Source: Azolla caroliniana
Lineage: Eukaryota; Plantae; Polypodiophyta
DNA length: 64,000 nt
Direction: 5' to 3'
NCBI GenBank assembly: GCA_043228905.1
Contig: JBHGNT010000003.1
Span: 11,842,001-11,906,000, forward strand
Shown here: one piece after another, positions 48,266 to 61,157 of the stretch
Layout of the letters: the number at the start of each line of letters is the position of its first letter
Numbering within the stretch: the first letter of the stretch is position 1
Notes under the pieces: model-generated
Database searches by the model: none
Seen by the model: the letters and a program-made list of their open reading frames with translations, nothing else
Told to the model about the DNA's origin: nothing
Position numbers and translations under genes: made by a program

Positions 48266-51200
48266 TGTTACGGGCATGACCATATAATATCCCGTGGTGA
48301 GAATTTACCATAGTATTCTATACACGTGGATAAGTGTGAGGGTTAAACGAGAGTGTAAAGAAGGGGAGGATTACTTTTAAATCCTCGGGATTGAGACAAC
48401 CTATTAGGCCAAGTGTGAACATGGCTGGGGGCCTTGGGTATCGCTATAAATAGAGGCCTAGCTACCCTCATTTCATCATCTTGTTGACTACGTCGAGACT
48501 CTGTCTTGTGGTGGGTCAACTCTTGAAGCGAGCGCGCCAACACCAGGTATGACTCGACGCCACGGCAGTGGTATGGGACGTCGATCGAGGCTCGACTCTG
48601 TCTCGATCCCTTCGCTCAAGGGTGGTCGAGTGGATCGGCACCCTTCTTTCTCTCTCTCCTTTCTATCTAGATCTATATTCTATCCTTATCTAATGCTTAC
48701 ATTAGTCTATGTCTCTAATAATTGGTATCCGAGCTCATTTTCTAATGTTTCTTTTGTTGTGTTTTGTGTTCTTGACTGATGGCGATCTATTTACGTGTGT
48801 TCGGCCTTCATGCAAACAAGGATCAACAAAGGAACTTCGGTAATCTTTCTTGTTTTTTCTATTCTGTCTTCTCCCAATTTAATCATGTGTATGGTTAATA
48901 TGTAATTTTTTTTTATAGATTCAATGATGTTGTAGTGGTAATTACCTGGTTATATAAAACGTTTACATATGTGTACATGGTCAATACCTCATTTGATGTA
49001 TATTGAATATGTGATGAGTGTCGTATGCGCACGAGGTTAATACCTCAATTGCGTACTACGTTGACAAACATATGTTACGTTTGCATATGAGGTCAATACC
49101 TCAATTCGTTGTAAATGATATGCATTTGGTTTCATATGTGTAAGAGGTCAATACCTCAATTGCGTATTACGATTAACCCTTATTTTTTGATGTCTCGTGT
49201 GCGTAGAGGTATATGCCTCGATTACATCATTTTTGGCTATTAAATATAATGATTTCTTTAATATAGGCATATGTGGTCACGTGTATACGTAGTTGATCGT
49301 ATATATGTGATAATATACATATGTGTATATAAGTTATTACGTGATTTTAAATCGAATGTTTTCCTTTTCGAGGAAAGGATCTTGGTGGTCGTCCTCACAT
49401 TTTTGTGAGAATAGCGTTGTCACCATCCCTTTTTTCAACAATTTTTTATTGTTGAAATCCCGGTTGGTGACTTCAATATTTCGTTACGTAAAGAAACGCT
49501 TATAGCCATAATGATGTTGAGTACATAGGGCTTGACCCACTTCATGTGAGGTCGCTCCTATGACACATGTATCCAACATCCCTCCCTCATTACATGGATA
49601 CGATGCCACCATGAGATCATTCTTACAAGAGGCATTCGTAATGACGTGACCATGCAATGGGCCACGTGGGCCTACTACGAAAAGAGGGCTCATTTGGCTT
49701 GACCATTAGGTTGCACATTGGCGTATGCCATCGTAATTACGAGATTTGAGGTTAGGTAATGTACCAACATAGTTGTAGTAAATGAGGGCGAAATAAGGAC
49801 TCTTGACATATATGTTTCTTTTAAAAAAACATATATGGGCAAATGCCTCGCATATATCTTATACGCATGAAACATTAAACATTCAAAGAAGAGCAATCTA
49901 CTTGGTTGGCTCAAGTGTTTAATGTATTTGTTCTCAAGGTCTCGAGTTCAAATATGACCAAGACCATACAACATCGTTGATACATATGACTATAACACAT
50001 GTTTAGACTTGAGGTCTAAGTGCGCTTCGGGGTCCTCGTAATAGGACTTAAAGAGCCGAAACCACATATGTGGGCACAGAAACATAGTTTATTGTTAACA
50101 TTTTTTTCGTGTATAAATTACTCATGACGCGGACATACATGGTTGAGCCTCGGGGAGCCGCCACGAAAAAATCGATATAGAGATCAGGGAAAGACATTTA
50201 TTTGTCACCCCCATGGTTTTTAAAACACCTTTGTGTTACCATAGTAATCTGATCTTGAACCTCATCTCATACGTCTAGAGAGGTATTGACGTGAGATAAT
50301 GATATCGATTAATGTTCACCCATGATATGTTTACATCACAACATGATGTTATGACTATCTCTCTAACCTTATCCTATTTCTTTTCCAAAAATAATCATTT
50401 AATGGCTCAAAATAACGACCCGATGTCATCCGCTCAAGCGGAAGGAACTCAAGGGAATCCTCTTGGACAAATGTCCATTGAGATGTATTTTTCGCAAATA
50501 ACCCAATACCTTAGTTTCACCGCTCAACAGATGACCGAACTTCGGCAATCTCAAAGTGCTCTCGAGGCACGTGTCATTAGTTTGCAACGTGAGACTAATA
50601 GACCTAATGAGTGACAAGGTGAACCATCGTTTGTCGTTAAGCCATTTACGGGAGACAAAAAGGAAAGAACCGAAGAAGCAATCTGCATGTGGTTGGGCCG
50701 ATGGGAGTCTCATTTTGAGCTCTATCCCACGCCAAATAGTACAAAGATTGCATATGTCAGCCAAGAACTAGGGGGTAAGGCTGCCGCCTGGTGGCGTGGG
50801 ATCCGTACTTTGGGGAAATTGCCCGATACCTTGACAGATTTTGTCACAATTTTCAAGGGCCAATTTCAGCAACCTCCCTCTCGAACCGAGGCAACACAAG
50901 CTTTAATGAACCTCTCTAGCAGGAAGTTTTCCTCGCTAGAAGACTATGTTCACCATGCTAGAACCCAAATCCCAAAATTGGGTCTAGAAGGGGACAATTG
51001 GTTAATAGCTTGTTTTGTCAATGGCATCCCCAATTCGAACTATCACTGGATAGTGCACGATAAGGATCCAAAATCCTTCAAAGAGGCCGTTGAAATAGTT
51101 CTTTGCTATCAACGTACTTCGAAGAAGGACCACAACAAAATCAACGAAGCGCTCGGGACTAAGCAGTTGCAATTCGTTGGGAAACACAAGACACCCAACG

Positions 51201-54200
51201 AATTCATGGATCGTGATTGTAAGCGACAACATCCTTTTTGCGTATTCTGCAAAAAGAAGGGTCATACAAAAGAACAATGTCGAAAGCTCCAACGAAAAGA
51301 GCACGACAGCAAAGCTAAAGCCGCAAACCATAAAGGTCAGATTCCTAATGTCCTTCAGGTCTATACACATCATTTAAGTAATTGTCAATGTTCTTTCCCT
51401 CACTATGTATTGGGTCCCAATGATTTACTATGTGCAAACGGGTATATCAATGGATCTCCTGTACAATTTTTGTTTGATTCGGGAAGCTCACACAACTTTG
51501 TGAATGATCGTTTGGTTTAGATATGGGGAATCCAACCCACCGTAAGTGATCACACCTACACGGTGCACTTGGCTGATGGAAGAGTACAATACATCAACGG
51601 AGCGATTCATTCTTTAGGAATTTCTATTGATACTTACATAGAGGAAGTAAACTTCCATGTAATGAATCTTTGTACCACTGATGTAATACTGGGTTATCCC
51701 TGGTTTTATAATAAAAACTCTTCTTTATTTATTGATTGGGTTCATCATTCAATAACTTTTGTACTGAACGATTGTACTCATTTTATTCAATGTGTCAAAA
51801 AACAATCCCTCTCGATTGTTTCCTTGTGTCCATCAATATCCGAGTTGTCTTGTTCTACTCTATTTTATTGTGTACTTGATCCGGACATTCACGTTTACAA
51901 TATCGATAATGTCTCGATTCAATTAACATGTTTTGAACAACAATAACTTGATGAAATCTTAAATGATTTTCGTGATGTTTTTCTGAGTGAACTACCAAAT
52001 GGGTTACCTCCTAAACGTAATATAGACCACCGTATAGATATTGTACCTGGCGTTGCACCAATAAGTGTACCTCCTTATCGCTTAAGTCGATCTGAAGAGG
52101 ATGAGGTAGCTAAGCAACTCAAGGAGTATTTACGAATGGGTTATATACGTTATAGCAAATCTCCATGGGGGGCACCAGTTCTCTTGGTTAAAAAGAAAGA
52201 GGGCACATGGCGTATGTGTATTAATTACTGACACTTGAATAAAGTGACGATCAAGAATTCGTATCCATTGCCCCGGGCTGACGATCTAATTGACCGTCTC
52301 CAAGGAGCTCGGTATTTTACGAAACTTGATCTCCGTATTGGTTACCATCAAATTCGTATAAGTGAGGACGATGTTCCTAAAATGACATTTCGTACGTGCT
52401 ATGGCCATTATGAGTTTTTGGTTATGCCTTTTGGTTTGACCAATGCTCTGGCTACATTTCAACAAGAAATGAATGACATTTTCCGAGAACAACTTGGAAA
52501 ATTTGTCGTTATTTTCTTGGATGATATTTTAGTTTATAGTCGTACATTACAAGAACATGCTAAACATGTCCGCTTTGTTTTACAAACATTGCGTGACAAA
52601 CAGTTTTACACGAAGATCTCAAAATGTGAGTTCTTCAAGAAATCAATTACTTATCTAGGACATCTCATAACCGAACGAGGAGTTGAAATTGATCCTTCTC
52701 GCATCGAGAAAATCATGCTTTGGCCCACTCTTTAGAATATTCGAGAAGTTCGATCATTCCTTGGTTTTGTCAGGTTTTTGCGAAAATCCCTTCGTAATTA
52801 CTCCCAATTGACGACGTCGTTTACTGATCTTCTAAAAGGTCAAACGTGTAAGTCTACAAAACCTATTGTGTGGAATGCTACACTAGACCTCGCCTTTAAG
52901 GAACTCAAGGACCTGGTTTGCAAGGCTCCTTCACTTCTTTTACCCGATCCTTCAAAACCTTTTGAGGTTGAAACCGATGCAAGCGATTATGCTATAGGTG
53001 TTGTCTTATATCAAGATGGTAAACCAATAGCATTCGAGAGTAAGAAACTTGATTCTGCTCAATGTCGGTATACCGTTCAAGAAAAGGAATTATTTGCAAT
53101 TATACATGCGCTCAAAACATGGCGCCATTATCTTTATGGAAATTGCTTTGTGGTAACTACGGACCACGAGTCCTTGAAATATTTTGTGACCAACAAGACC
53201 TGAAAGGTCGTAAGGCACGATGGGTTGATCTCATCCAAGACTTTGATTTTTCCATATGATATCATAAAGGTTCCATGAACATTGTCGTTGATGCACTAAG
53301 TTGCATCCGTGAAGTTAACATGCTTAGCTTCACTGAAATATCATTAGATCTTTATGATCTCCTTCGAGGGAAGTATCCTAATGACAATTATTTCGCAAAA
53401 TACTGGGCAAGAGTTGAGTCTGGAACAGACACCACCACATCCTCGAAGGAATACTTCCACATTGTTAACGGTCTGCTCTACCGTAATGGGAAGGTTTGTG
53501 TTCCAGATTTACCCGAGGTCAAAAAGAGGATTTTTTTTTAATGCCATGATGCACCCTCAGCAGGGCACCCTGGAATACATTGTACACTCGTTCTCATCTC
53601 CACTCAATTTTATTGGCCTAAGATGCGTCCTGACATACATAGCTATGTGACTAAATGTCACCAATGTCAGGTTAGCAAAGCCGAGCGACTTAAAGCCGCA
53701 GGACTTTTACATCCCTTGGACATTCCCAATAATAAGTGGGAAAGTATATCAATGGATTTTATTGTTAGCCTTCCTCGCACCCAAAAAGGCCATGATGCCA
53801 TTTGGGTTGTGGTAGATAGACTAACTAAAATGGCCAGATTTATTGCTACTAAAACCATAGTAACAGCTCCTGAATTGGCTTACCAATTCATGCAAGATAT
53901 GTTGCATATTGCGTGAGATAATATAAAAACAGCTCAAGATAGAGCACGTTTTTATGCCGATCATCATAGGCAACCTCGTGTATTCAACCCTAGATAGAAG
54001 GTATTTTTACGTGTACCTCACAATTCTAAGACATTGTCTATGGGTAAGTGTGCTAAGTTAGCTCCACGGTTTTGTGAACCATTTACAATCCTCAAACGCA
54101 TTGGGTCATCAGCCTATCGTCTCGCTCTTCCCGATAGTGTTGAAATTCATCCAGTTTTTCATGTGAGTCGTCTAAAAGAACTTCTAGGTTTTGGCGATAA

Positions 54201-54891
54201 TACAGTTACAACTGAAACTCTGGTTACTTCTGAAGCATTATCTTCTAAATCACATGTACCAGAAAGAATTCTCGATGTTAAAACAAAAAAATTACGTATT
54301 AAAGAAATCTGAGAATTTAAAATAAAATGGATGGATAAATCAATAAAAGATGCCACATGGGAACGCGAAAATACTCTCAAAACTAACTTCCCTAACTTTC
54401 CATTGCAAGAGTGCAATGTTTTAAAGAGGGGGAGTATGTTACGGGCATGACCATATAATATCCCGTGGTGAGAATTTACCGTAGTATTCTATACACGTGG
54501 ATAAGTGTGAGGGTTAAACGAGAGTGTAAAGAAGGGGAGGATTACTTTTAAATCCTCGGGATTGAGACAACCTATTAGGCCAAGTGTGAACATGGCTGGG
54601 GGCCTTGGGTATCGCTATAAATAGAGGCCTAGCTACCCTCATTTCATCATCTTGTTGACTACGTCGAGACTCTGTCTTGTGGTGGGTCAACTCTTGTAGC
54701 GAGTGCGCCAGCACCAGGTACGACTCGACGCCATGGCGGTGGTATGGGACACCGATCGAGGCTCGAGTCCGTCTCGATCCCTTCGCTCGGGAGTGGTCGG
54801 GTGGATTGACAACCTTCTTTCTCTCTCTCCTTTCTATCTAGATCTATATTCTATCCTTATCTAATGCTTACATTAGTCTATGTCTTTGACA
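48266..54891 (+). mobile_element. Element K: Ty3/gypsy chromovirus, full length, decayed
   Basis: 455-bp LTRs at 48266-48720 and 54437-54891; TSD GTTAT; PBS TGGTATCCGAGC at 48723-48734; PPT AAAGAGGGGGAGTA. Confidence 0.95.
50402..54420 (+). pseudogene. Chromovirus gag-pol with C-terminal chromodomain, disrupted
   Basis: CVFCKKKGHTKEQC; FLFDSGSSHNF; VMPFGLTNA and [10 protein letters not shown]; VETDASD; ISMDFIVSLP; integrase core deleted near 53890; chromodomain-like PERILD...FKIKW...DATWE. Confidence 0.9.
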
Positions 54892-55287
54892 GTTATGGAA
54901 AGAGGTGAATTAAGCAAGCTGACAAAAACAATGTGCTACCATTGTCATAAAGAAGGGCACTATGTGAACCGATGGCCGGGAAAAGAAAACAAGAAAGCAC
55001 CAACAGTGAACATGTTGATAGCCAAGACAGCTGGAGTATAGCAGGTCACGACACGTAGAAAAGCCAAGCTAGATGAGTTGGAAGCTCAGGAGGTGGTACG
55101 CAAAACGGCAAAGGAATGGGTCGAGAAGATGAATCAGAAAAATGCAGAACGAATGTTATAGCAAATGACCGAACAATCGGCAGCGCCAAAGCCAACGACA
55201 GATGAGGGGCCATCAATCGAAGACTTAACATGGCAGGCATTGGCTGATTGCCAGATCACACTACCATTAGCCAACCTATTAAAGTTT

Positions 55288-55712
55288 GTACCATAGTATT
55301 CTATACACGTGGATAAAGTGTGAGGGTTAAACAAGAGTGTAAAGAAGGGAAGATTACTTCTAATCCTAGGAATTGAGGCAACCCATAAGGGCCAAGTGTG
55401 AACTTGCCTAGGGGACCTTAAGTCTGGCTGTAAATATGAGGCCTAGCTACCCTCATTTGACACATCATTCGACTATGTCGACACTCTGATCTTGTGGTGA
55501 TTGAACTCTTGTAGCTAGCACACTAGTACCAGACATGACTTGATGCGGACGCCGATCGTGGCTCAATCCGTCTCAATCCCTTCGCTCGGAGGTGGTCGGG
55601 TGGATTGGAATCCTTCTAAGTTATATTGTAGTATTTTGCACATGAGGATAACATGTGAGGGTCAACCGAGAGTGTAAAGAGGGAGGATTACTTTATGGTC
55701 ATGCCCGTAACA
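55288..55712. mobile_element. Rearranged, diverged K-family LTR fragments ending in an inverted U3 terminus
   Basis: Two plus-strand LTR pieces followed by TATGGTCATGCCCGTAACA (reverse complement of the LTR start) at 55694-55712. Confidence 0.7.
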
Positions 55713-56499
55713 TATGGGGTGTGATAATGTGCACAAATCCATTAGAACTCGTTGAGTTGTGATGCCTTGGCCTTGGGATGTTCCCAAAGTTGCGAATGAG
55801 CTTGCATGCGACATCACTTATGGTGGTGGATGCATATAAGGTAGATGAAAATGGTGGAAAGTTTAGGTACAATGTAGATTGGTCTCATGTACATTACCAT
55901 TTTGCTTCTAAATGTTCCTAAAAGAAGAAGACCACGAGCAGAAAGCAAACAACGAAACCCACCCCAGTAGATGAAAAATATGGTGGATATGGAGGGGAAC
56001 TCCAACATTTAGTTGCACATGAGACATGCATGTTTATTATGCAAACTTCCGATAAACGAAAAGCATATATAATATTGGTATGAGGTTGGAGGACTTCTAT
56101 GCGAAGATGGGGAAAATGTGTGCACAAGAGATAGAAGCTTACGTTGAATAAATTGAAAATGCACCCCCTAATGCTAACAAACATATAAGAGATAAATAGA
56201 TCCATCCACCTTTGACTTGCCATATTTTGACGGGGCCAATAACTTATGATGGCAAATCAAGCCATGGTTCAGGTTTGCAAATACACATTTTCTTTGGCCA
56301 TTTGAGTCCATAGAGGTAAGCTAGGAGCTGGGCCGGTAAACACATGGCAATTGATTGAATAATGGAGGCATGAGGGGGTGGATGGTCCAAAACGAGAGAA
56401 GCCTCCCTCCCTCCCGAGTCCCTCCCTCCATTCATGCATATGTGCATGATGCATCATGATGCATATGTATGTAGTTAGTTAATCTTCTCCCATCCCTAA

Positions 56500-57062
56500 A
56501 AGGAAAGAGAGAGAGAGAGAGAAACAAACAAAAATAGACCCTCAAAAACTAAACCCAACCCAACCCAACCCAACCCAACCCAACCCCCGCTCCTTAAAAA
56601 CAAAACAAAACAAAAAAAAGAAACGGAACAAACCGAATTTAACCAAAAAAGAAAAACAAAAAGCCCATAAAAAGAGAGGAATAGAAAAGAAAAGAAAAGA
56701 AAAGAAAAGAAAATGAATTGAGAGAGAAAGGTGGGGATCGATTTATTTACGACTCCTTTCTTTCTTGTTTGCATTTTAGGGTTCCCTGTGTTCTTCAAGA
56801 AAGGATACATACATACTGAGACAGACAGAGAGACGGATAGATAAACAGACAGACAGAAGCAGACCTCCCTCCCTCCCTGCCTGCCTGCCTGTGCCCCCTC
56901 CCATCTTCCCATCCATATATCCATTCTTTCTTTCTCCTGGATCGATCGATCTGTGTCTAAGCTAAGCTAAGTTAAGCTAAGGTGTGCGTGCGTGCGTGCG
57001 TGCGTGCGTGCCTACTATACATAGTTAGTGTGAAGAACACAACACACACACACACACACACC
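56500..57062. repeat. Microsatellite-rich promoter/5' leader of the MDH gene
   Basis: (GA)n, (CCCAA)n, (AAAAG)n, (CAGA)n, (CCTG)n, (GCGT)n and (CA)n tracts. Confidence 0.85.
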
Positions 57063-60000
57063 ATGACTTTCGCGGGTCTATTTCAGCGTGCTGCACCTCA
57101 AGCTGTGAAGCATCATCATCATCATCAGCGGAAGGTGGCGATCCTGGGAGCTGCGGGAGGGATCGGTCAGCCACTCTCCCTCCTCATGAAGCTTAACCCC
57201 CTCGTCACCTCCCTCTCCCTCTACGATATCGCCAACACCCCCGGCGTCGCTGCGGACGTCAGCCATGTCAACACCCGAGCGCAGGTAAGACAGACGCACA
57301 TAATGTCAGCTGCATTGCGGTATTCACTAATCTGATTTCCATCGCTCCCACAGAGATCTAGGATTTTTGTGACTTATTATTATTTGGACTGATTATTAGA
57401 GGAAGGAAGACGCCTGCATTTCCTGATTTATCTATCTCGCCTCGTTCGTTGTCATGCATTATGATGCAAGTGATAGATAGAAACCATTTGTTTTCTTGTT
57501 TAAACACGAATTTTATCGTTTGAATCGTGTGTTGTGGATCCAGGATTTAAGATAGTTGCAGTCTTAATCGTTCATCTCGTTTTTTGTGCTGATTATCGGT
57601 ACTTTCTAGTGTGAACTTTGACTTATATGGTTACCGAATTCCAGGCTTCATCCTCATTTATTTCAGTCTTTTCGTTGTTATTTCATCTGCGTTTTGAATG
57701 TGAAAATTTGTAGCATTTTCAATGTAAATCGATTTTCCTCTTGCATGATAATCTCTCAAGATCAGAAGATTGACATCTACTGATCTTGTCAATGAGGGAT
57801 CATTTTATTTCAAGAAACGTCTATTGCTTATTTATCCTGTTTGTTCTTTTCTTTACGGATCTCAGAATCCCGATCTCTGAAATAATAATCAGAACCGACT
57901 GACTGACTGCATTTTCCAAAGTGGCATTTTAAAATTTGAATGCTTCTGGCATCTCTGGTTGAACCTCTCTTTGACCATTCAAATTCAATCAAATAGAGGG
58001 ACTTATTACGGCTGATAATATTCGGAAAATCGCTAGTAGTTTTGAATGTAGAATTTTGCAAGTGCATGCTCGTCCCTATCAGTCTGGAAAGTAGCATGTT
58101 CTGATTTTTGTCACAAGGTTTTATTTCTTACATTGCTTGTTTGCTTCCTTCTATCATCCTTTCTTGTATCTTCCATACGGATGTATTGTCCTTTTCAGTA
58201 GTTTGTATGTTTAATCACGCTCTTGCTGTATGGAATTTTTATTTTCGCATGTTCATACATGCCTGTGTAACACCCACTGATCTTCTCTACCCGAGCTTTC
58301 TTTTGTAGATAACAGTATTTCAATGTGTTCGAAACTACAGTGCTAACAAAGGTTTCTCTTGATTTATTTGCACTTGTGCTTGTTAACTACTTTTAATGAG
58401 AATCTATGAGTTGCTTGCTCATTTTTGCGGACATGCAGGTTGCATCTTTACCTAATACGAACATTTTCTTCATTTATAACTTTTCCTGTCAGGATAAACT
58501 TTTATGTACCTGAGGGGAAACCTTCTTCATTTCAGGTAGCAGGATATGCTGGTGACGAGGAGTTAGGAGCTGCATTACAGGGAGCAGATCTAGTCATCAT
58601 ACCTGCAGGTGTTCCTCGTAAACCTGGAATGACGAGGGATGATCTCTTCAACATCAACGCTGGCATTGTTAAGTCTCTGTGTACAGCTATCTCCAAACAC
58701 TGTCCGGAAGTAAGTACTACCTTTTTTTATTTAATATGCACTTTTAGTATACATTTTCTTATTACATACCATTCTAAAAATCCTCTTTTAGTACACTTTC
58801 CAAACATTATACTGCTTTTTAGTATACTTCCTGACTTGCCACTATCCTTGGCACTGGTTTGTAGTATACCTCCGGACTTGACACTTGTTTCAGTATACCT
58901 CCTGACTTGGCGGTATCCTTGGAAACTTGTTATAGGATGCTTCCCAACTTGTCCTTTACTGCAGTTCGTGTTAATTTTTTTGAATCTTATAAATATATGT
59001 GGTGAAATTATGAGGAGATACCCATTTAAGAGCTTCGATTGTTCTACAGGAATGTCCCTTTAGTGTATGTGAATTTCTGAAAAACCTCACATCTATCATG
59101 CGTTCTGCTGTAATACTTCACTTCTAGTCTACCATTGCCCATGGTTTATAAGAAAATTGGGTTGGTCATTTAATATATTATCAGATGCTTGCTGTACACT
59201 TTTATGAATAAACTGGCCTGAGTTTTATCTGACAATTTTGAGTTCTATATTTTAAGGCTGTTGTGAACATGATCAGTAATCCTGTGAATTCTACTGTTCC
59301 CATTGCCGCCGAGGTTTTCAAAAAGGCCAATACATATGATCCCAAAAAACTTTTTGGCGTCACCACACTCGATGTGGTTCGTGCCAGAACATTTTATGCT
59401 GCCAAGAAAGGGCTTTCTGTTGAAGGTATGTTTGTTGTTTACTGAATTTTCCAATAGTTTTTTATTCTATTAGTAAAATAAGTTGATAATAGTTTATATA
59501 TCGCTGCTATTTGTTTGTATCTGTAGATGTTGATATTCCGGTTGTTGGTGGTCATGCTGGAATAACGATTCTTCCACTCTTTTCTCAGGTAGTAAACTAA
59601 ACCCATTGTGAACCTTTTTATTTTGGCCCATTTCTAATAAAATACTTGTTTTCCCTTGTTCAATTGATTTTGTTTGTACATGTTTAATATTGTGCGCTCA
59701 GACATCTCAAGGTATTTGGGCTAGCATCTTGTTACGTTATTATTTTCCCTTGTTCAATTGATATTTGCTTGCTAATACATCTTTAATATTGTGTATTCAG
59801 GCAACTCCTAAGGCATCACTTACAGATGAAGAAATTGATGCTTTAACCAAAAGAACTCAAGATGGAGGAACAGAAGTTGTGCAAGCAAAGGCTGGGAAAG
59901 GCTCTGCAACTCTCTCCATGGCGTAAGTAACCAGCCACTTTTAACTCATATTGATGTAAAGATGGATTGATTTTGCTTTCCATGTTATATGCAAACCCCA

Positions 60001-60547
60001 TTATTTTAGCACATGTTAAATTTAATAGTGATACTTAGAGGTTAATTATGAAATTTGCTTTGCATTCAGTGTTAATTGTAAAAGTGAAAATACTACACTT
60101 ACTGCTAGTTGTGAATTCTTCATATTCTTAAATCACTCATTGTTAACTGTTTTCCAGGTATGCTGGTGCATTGTTTGCTGAATCCATTTTGAAAGGATTA
60201 AATGGCGAGGCCAATATAGTAGAATGTAGCTATGTTGCTTCTAACATCACAGAGCTTCCTTTCTTTTCATCAAAGGTATTTCACAAGACAGAAAAAATCA
60301 AACGAATTTGAAACAACTGATTTTATTACTTGAGAGTTTCTGCAATCTCTAGAACTTGAGATCATAGTCTTGTGAAAGTTCAATTGTAAACGAATATTTG
60401 CTTGCTGTGTAGGTTCGCATTGGGAAATCAGGGGTAGAGGAAGTTTATGATCTTGGTTCATTATCTGCATATGAAAAGAAGGCTTTGGATGCCATGATTC
60501 CAGAATTGAAGTCATCCATTCAGAAGGGAGTTGATTTTGCATCTTAA
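57063..60547 (+). CDS. mMDH: Mitochondrial-type NAD-dependent malate dehydrogenase, 333 aa. Exons: 57063-57284, 58536-58709, 59257-59425, 59527-59588, 59801-59922, 60158-60275, 60413-60547
   Basis: [80 protein letters not shown]. All introns are GT-AG and the exons sum to 1002 nt in frame. Confidence 0.96.
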
Positions 60548-60917
60548 GCTTTCATTCCATCAATTAACATTATGTTCCTCAATAATAAGAAGAGGCCAAC
60601 GGTTTTCTTTTTGTACTTTGAGAGAAAGGGGTTTTAGAGATGATTTTTGAGTTAAACCTTTGGAAATAAGGTATCGGACTTCTGTTGTCCTCTCAAATTT
60701 GCTTGTAATCAAGTAGGAAATTGCTGCACACCTTAATGTCGGGTTATAATGGAAATAATCTTTTGCTATGTAGTTACGTTTTGCTATTACTCCAGGTTGA
60801 ACTATATGGGTAGTCTATATTCGCAACAGCCGATTGATTATACTTGTGAATCATCAGCCATGGCAACAAAATCAGATTGATAGTGTATGAACTGTTCTCA
60901 ATGAATTAAGATCCTAT

Positions 60918-61157
60918 CTCATGCTCCTAATTTAAGTTGGAAATAAATGGATACCATGTTGCTATGGAAGATGATTGAGTGATTGATGGTAGGCAGGCTC
61001 ATGCTCCTAATTTAAGTTGGAAATAAATGGATACCATGTTGCTATGGAAGATGATTGAGTGATTGATGGTAGGCAGGCTCATGCTCCTAATTTAAGTTGG
61101 AAATAAATGGATACCATGTTGCTATGGAAGATGATTGAGTGATTGATGGTAGGCAGG
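60918..61157. repeat. Perfect tandem repeat, 3 x 80 bp
   Basis: Unit CTCATGCTCCTAATTTAAG...GGTAGGCAGG at 60918, 60998 and 61078. Confidence 0.95.

Larger units (their letters stand above)
47205..55290 (+). pseudogene. Relic gag region of an element-B-like gypsy, split by insertions at 47461 and 48266
   Basis: SRAHAVNRCKYNLLN near 47210; CYHCHKEGH knuckle near 54935; TWQALADCQITLPL near 55230 (compare B TWQALQECQITLSL). Confidence 0.65.

Noticed and set aside
48960-49230. CRISPR-like appearance of repeat/spacer periodicity
   Set aside because: Cores are only 14 bp, spacers are partly homologous to each other, there are no cas genes, and the context is a eukaryotic retrotransposon leader.
58425-59063. 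212-aa ORF as a standalone gene
   Set aside because: It is MDH exon 2 with intron read-through on both sides.
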